Part shown: positions 61,238-64,000 of the stretch, piece by piece
Position numbering within the stretch: position 1 is the first letter of the stretch
How the letters are laid out: the number at the start of each line of letters is the position of its first letter
IMG/VR virus record: IMGVR_UViG_3300015050_001283
Span: 7,966 to 71,965 of that record
From: a virus
Lineage: Duplodnaviria > Caudoviricetes
DNA length: 64,000 nucleotides
Strand: one strand, 5' to 3'
Translations under genes and position numbers: made by a program
The notes under the pieces: model-generated
The model's input: only the letters and a program-made list of their open reading frames with translations
Database searches by the model: none
Told to the model about the DNA's origin: nothing

Positions 61238-62839
61238 TCAAGCCGCTTGAGTTCGGACGCCGGCCAGAAACTGCGTGGAGGTGCGCGCCGGGATGAGGGC
61301 CGTCGGCATCAGCGCCGCCATCAGCCAAGGGTAGGAGGTGGCGTCCCATGTGTGGCCGTGGTCGCTCGGCTTCTTCGGCGTCATCGCGGCCTCTGGGTCG
61401 AACGGTTCGCCAGGCTTCTGGCCCTTCGAGGTAAGCTGGAGAAACATCTGGTGCACACGGGGGCAGCCTGAACTCACGATCACGTTGTCCTGATTGAGCA
61501 TCTGCTGGCCGATGTTGACGCGCGCGACCACCGATCCGGCCGGCTTGGGGCACTGCTTGATCTTCCCCAGCGGCTCCAAGTTGTATTTCACGCGGTTCGC
61601 CTCGTAGATCTTCTCGATCTCCAGCACGTCGAAGCTGCCCTGCGCGGCGCGGAACTGGTTGAACGCCGAGTTATCCGAGATCCAGAGCTGCTGCATCGCC
61701 TGCGGGGTGCCTTTGACGCGCTCCCGCCAGAACTTCACGCGCCGCATCACCATCGGGATGAAGTCCGGGTAGTTGATCCGCTTCCGCAGGGTGACCAATT
61801 CGTCGAAGATCACCCAGCGCATCCGGTCCTCGATCATCATGTATTGCTGGAAGACGAACGCATTGTTCACCGAACCCGGGTCGAGGCCGATGATGATCGG
61901 GTGATATGGGTTCGGGAGGATGCGCTCGTTTTTCTTCGGCTTTCCTTCCTCGTCCACCGGCCGCATGTGGATCGCCGGGTTGTAGATCTCGCGGAAGATG
62001 CCGTCACCCGTCGGCTTGTCGACCCACTCGCCGCTGACCATGCGGGCGTGTTCGGTCGGGTCGTTCTTGTAGATCTTCTCCAGCGACTCGATGTAGCCGG
62101 CCGTCAGGTTCTTTCGGTTCTCCTCGACCGGGAAGTAGATGTTCGAGAACTCCTTGTCCCATTCGCCGGTCTCCTCGTCGAACGCCTCCTCAAACCATTT
62201 CTTGTAAACCCAGTGTGTTGGCCCCTCGGGATTGCAGGCGCCGACAAACTGCTGGACGTCATCGACGAACGGCCGGCGACCGATCTGCGCGGCGACCGAT
62301 GAGAAATAAATCTCGGAGTCCATCGACGTCATTTCGTCGGCGAAGACGAACGACGGCTCGTAGCCGCGGATGCGGTCGCGCAACTGGTTGGCGTGCGGCG
62401 CCGAGATGACGACGACCATCGACCAGCCGCCATACTGGTTTTGAATCCAGATGAACTCGTTGTGCTGCGGGTCCATCTTGACCTCGGTGTAATTCAGGCC
62501 GAGACCCTGCGCCCACTCGGGCAACACCCAGGATTGCAGCTTGTCCCATGCGCCGCCCTTGTTGGCCATGGATTTCACGCGGACGAGGATCAGCGCCAGC
62601 GCGTTCCGGTTGTCGTAGCAGTGCTTCACCAGCTTGTGCAGCGAGCCGACGGTTTTGCCGGAGCCCTTCTCCGACCACGACAGGATGTAGCGCGCCTCGT
62701 CGAAAAACAGTTTGATCTGCGCCGGCGTCAGGCTCGGCATGAAATCGCCGTCGCCCTTTCCTTTCGGCGGAGGGAGCGGCGGCGGTGGGCGAATCATCTC
62801 CCCCAGCAGCTCGAAGGCATCTTTCGGGAGCTTCGCCAT
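61238..62839 (-). CDS. terL: Terminase large subunit
   Basis: EKGSGKT (Walker A), IRGYE...FADE (Walker B), ACNP (coupling motif), IGLDPG (RuvC-like), HTWDATSY. Confidence 0.92.
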   Translation of the reverse strand: MAKLPKDAFELLGEMIRPPPPLPPPKGKGDGDFMPSLTPAQIKLFFDEARYILSWSEKGSGKTVGSLHKLVKHCYDNRNALALILVRVKSMANKGGAWDKLQSWVLPEWAQGLGLNYTEVKMDPQHNEFIWIQNQYGGWSMVVVISAPHANQLRDRIRGYEPSFVFADEMTSMDSEIYFSSVAAQIGRRPFVDDVQQFVGACNPEGPTHWVYKKWFEEAFDEETGEWDKEFSNIYFPVEENRKNLTAGYIESLEKIYKNDPTEHARMVSGEWVDKPTGDGIFREIYNPAIHMRPVDEEGKPKKNERILPNPYHPIIIGLDPGSVNNAFVFQQYMMIEDRMRWVIFDELVTLRKRINYPDFIPMVMRRVKFWRERVKGTPQAMQQLWISDNSAFNQFRAAQGSFDVLEIEKIYEANRVKYNLEPLGKIKQCPKPAGSVVARVNIGQQMLNQDNVIVSSGCPRVHQMFLQLTSKGQKPGEPFDPEAAMTPKKPSDHGHTWDATSYPWLMAALMPTALIPARTSTQFLAGVRTQAA

Positions 62840-62841
62840 GG

Positions 62842-63852
62842 TCAGCCCTTTCTTTTCGGCGACTTCGCCGCCTCACGGGTGTGCCACTTGGGCTTGCCCT
62901 GCTTCGGCTTGTCGCCGTCGCCGGATGCTGCCTTGAGCATCATCACCATGGCCTTCGTGCCTTCCATCATCGTGTTGTAGCCCTTGCCGGCTTCCTTCAC
63001 CATTTCGGTGTAGCACTTGTAGAACCACGCGCGCTCCTCGTGACTGAGACGCGACAGCTTCTTTTCGGGGTTCGCAGGGTCGACGATCTCCGCCTCGATG
63101 TAGTCGTCCTTCATCCGCTGGGCCACCTCCATCATCTCGACGAGCTGGAGGAAATACATCCGGTGCGTCGTCTGGAGGCTGACCGACAGGAAATGGCCGT
63201 TGGACTGGGCCAAGCCGTCGAGCTTACGGAGGCGTTCGAGAGTTTTATCCTGGATGCCGAGCGCCTTCAGCCCTTCGAGCAGGATCTTCGCATCCTGTTC
63301 GGCGATACCGAGCGCCAGATTGACGGAGGCCGGCGACGGGATGGAATCGGGCTGGGTGTCCGGCGACCTGTCCATGAGTTCCGCCTCCGTCGGCGCGGCA
63401 ACGGGCGGCGACTTCGGGGTCATGCCACCCCACAAGGCGTTCAGCTCGACGTCATCGGTGATCCACCATCTAACATTTTGTTGACTGCAATCTAAGGCGC
63501 GGGCGGCGAGCTCGATGTTTCCGTTGGATTCTCGGAGGGCGATAGCGACTTCCGTTTTCGTAAGACGCTTGCTTCCTGCCTTGTGGACCGATGGAGGAAC
63601 TTGGCCCCCAGCTTGAGCTTGATCGCGTGCACCCGGCGGGTCGTCTCGTTTTCCCTCAACTCGATCAGGCGGCGACCCATCTGGCCGCGGAGCGTCCGGA
63701 CTGTTTCCCGCTTCCACTCCCCCTCGTGGCTCGCTTTGACCCAAGCTGAGTAGGCTTTCACTGCCTGCTGCCACAGCTGACTGACCCGGCGTGGGGTCGG
63801 CACCTCGACGGCCTGGGCTTCCCTCAGCCTCTTCTGGAGATCCTGATACCAT
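62842..63852 (-). CDS. Terminase small subunit-like protein with a Fis-type HTH; true start uncertain
   Basis: EVAIALRESNGNIELAARALDCSQQNVRWW; directly upstream of terL. Confidence 0.6.
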   Translation of the reverse strand: MVSGSPEEAEGSPGRRGADPTPGQSAVAAGSESLLSLGQSEPRGGVEAGNSPDAPRPDGSPPDRVEGKRDDPPGARDQAQAGGQVPPSVHKAGSKRLTKTEVAIALRESNGNIELAARALDCSQQNVRWWITDDVELNALWGGMTPKSPPVAAPTEAELMDRSPDTQPDSIPSPASVNLALGIAEQDAKILLEGLKALGIQDKTLERLRKLDGLAQSNGHFLSVSLQTTHRMYFLQLVEMMEVAQRMKDDYIEAEIVDPANPEKKLSRLSHEERAWFYKCYTEMVKEAGKGYNTMMEGTKAMVMMLKAASGDGDKPKQGKPKWHTREAAKSPKRKG

Positions 63853-64000
63853 TTGTCGTTAGCCGCTAGGCGACCGATCTCGTGGCGACTGAGGGCGATT
63901 GGGGAGATTCGCTGGAGAAGTTCCTCTGTGATTCGAGGGTCCGCATCAGTTTCACCAGCGGGAGGAATTCGCTCTCCCACTTCGGGTGGTTGCGGAGGTA
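63492..64000 (-). CDS. Helical hypothetical ORF entering from beyond the window
   Basis: Frame is open to base 64000; WYQDLQKRLREA...LWQQAVKAYSAW looks globular. Confidence 0.45.
   Translation of the reverse strand, partial: PPQPPEVGERIPPAGETDADPRITEELLQRISPIALSRHEIGRLAANDKWYQDLQKRLREAQAVEVPTPRRVSQLWQQAVKAYSAWVKASHEGEWKRETVRTLRGQMGRRLIELRENETTRRVHAIKLKLGAKFLHRSTRQEASVLRKRKSLSPSENPTETSSSPPAP

Noticed and set aside
1-64000. CRISPR array, rRNA, IS transposase or stop-codon reassignment
   Set aside because: No regularly spaced repeats, rRNA-like tracts or transposase motifs were seen; core genes are intact under the standard code

Overview
The whole window looks like a large part of one GC-rich tailed-phage genome with podovirus-type morphogenesis genes. 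ORFs run off both edges, and I found no DNA polymerase, primase or helicase, so the genome probably extends beyond the window. Pyrimidine-rich leaders mostly lacking Shine-Dalgarno motifs suggest a host such as Verrucomicrobia, but this is weak inference. Layout: (i) 1-1300, minus-strand hypothetical genes; (ii) 1375-3330, tRNA-Phe(GAA), an abutting circularly permuted tRNA-like module, a PD-(D/E)XK nuclease and about 900 bp of structured non-coding DNA; (iii) 3413-18166, a plus-strand early region with three DNA methyltransferases, DUF3560, a nucleotidyltransferase, a Nudix hydrolase, a tyrosine recombinase and an HhH-GPD glycosylase; (iv) 18167-41134, minus-strand ejection, nozzle and fibre genes, two HNH endonucleases (one on the plus strand), GroES and a GT2/FkbM/Methyltransf_24 cluster; (v) 41217-46671, a plus-strand recombination module (SLT-like, DUF3799 nuclease, SMC-like ATPase, AAA_24); (vi) 46821-64000, minus-strand lysis, tail fibre/spike, adaptor, capsid, GH130-like glycosidase, scaffold, portal and terminase genes. 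The best leads are the permuted tRNA mimic, tail fibre and tailspike genes with Sec signal peptides, and a possible virion glycan-building and glycan-processing system. All family assignments come from recognising motifs by eye; no database searches were run.
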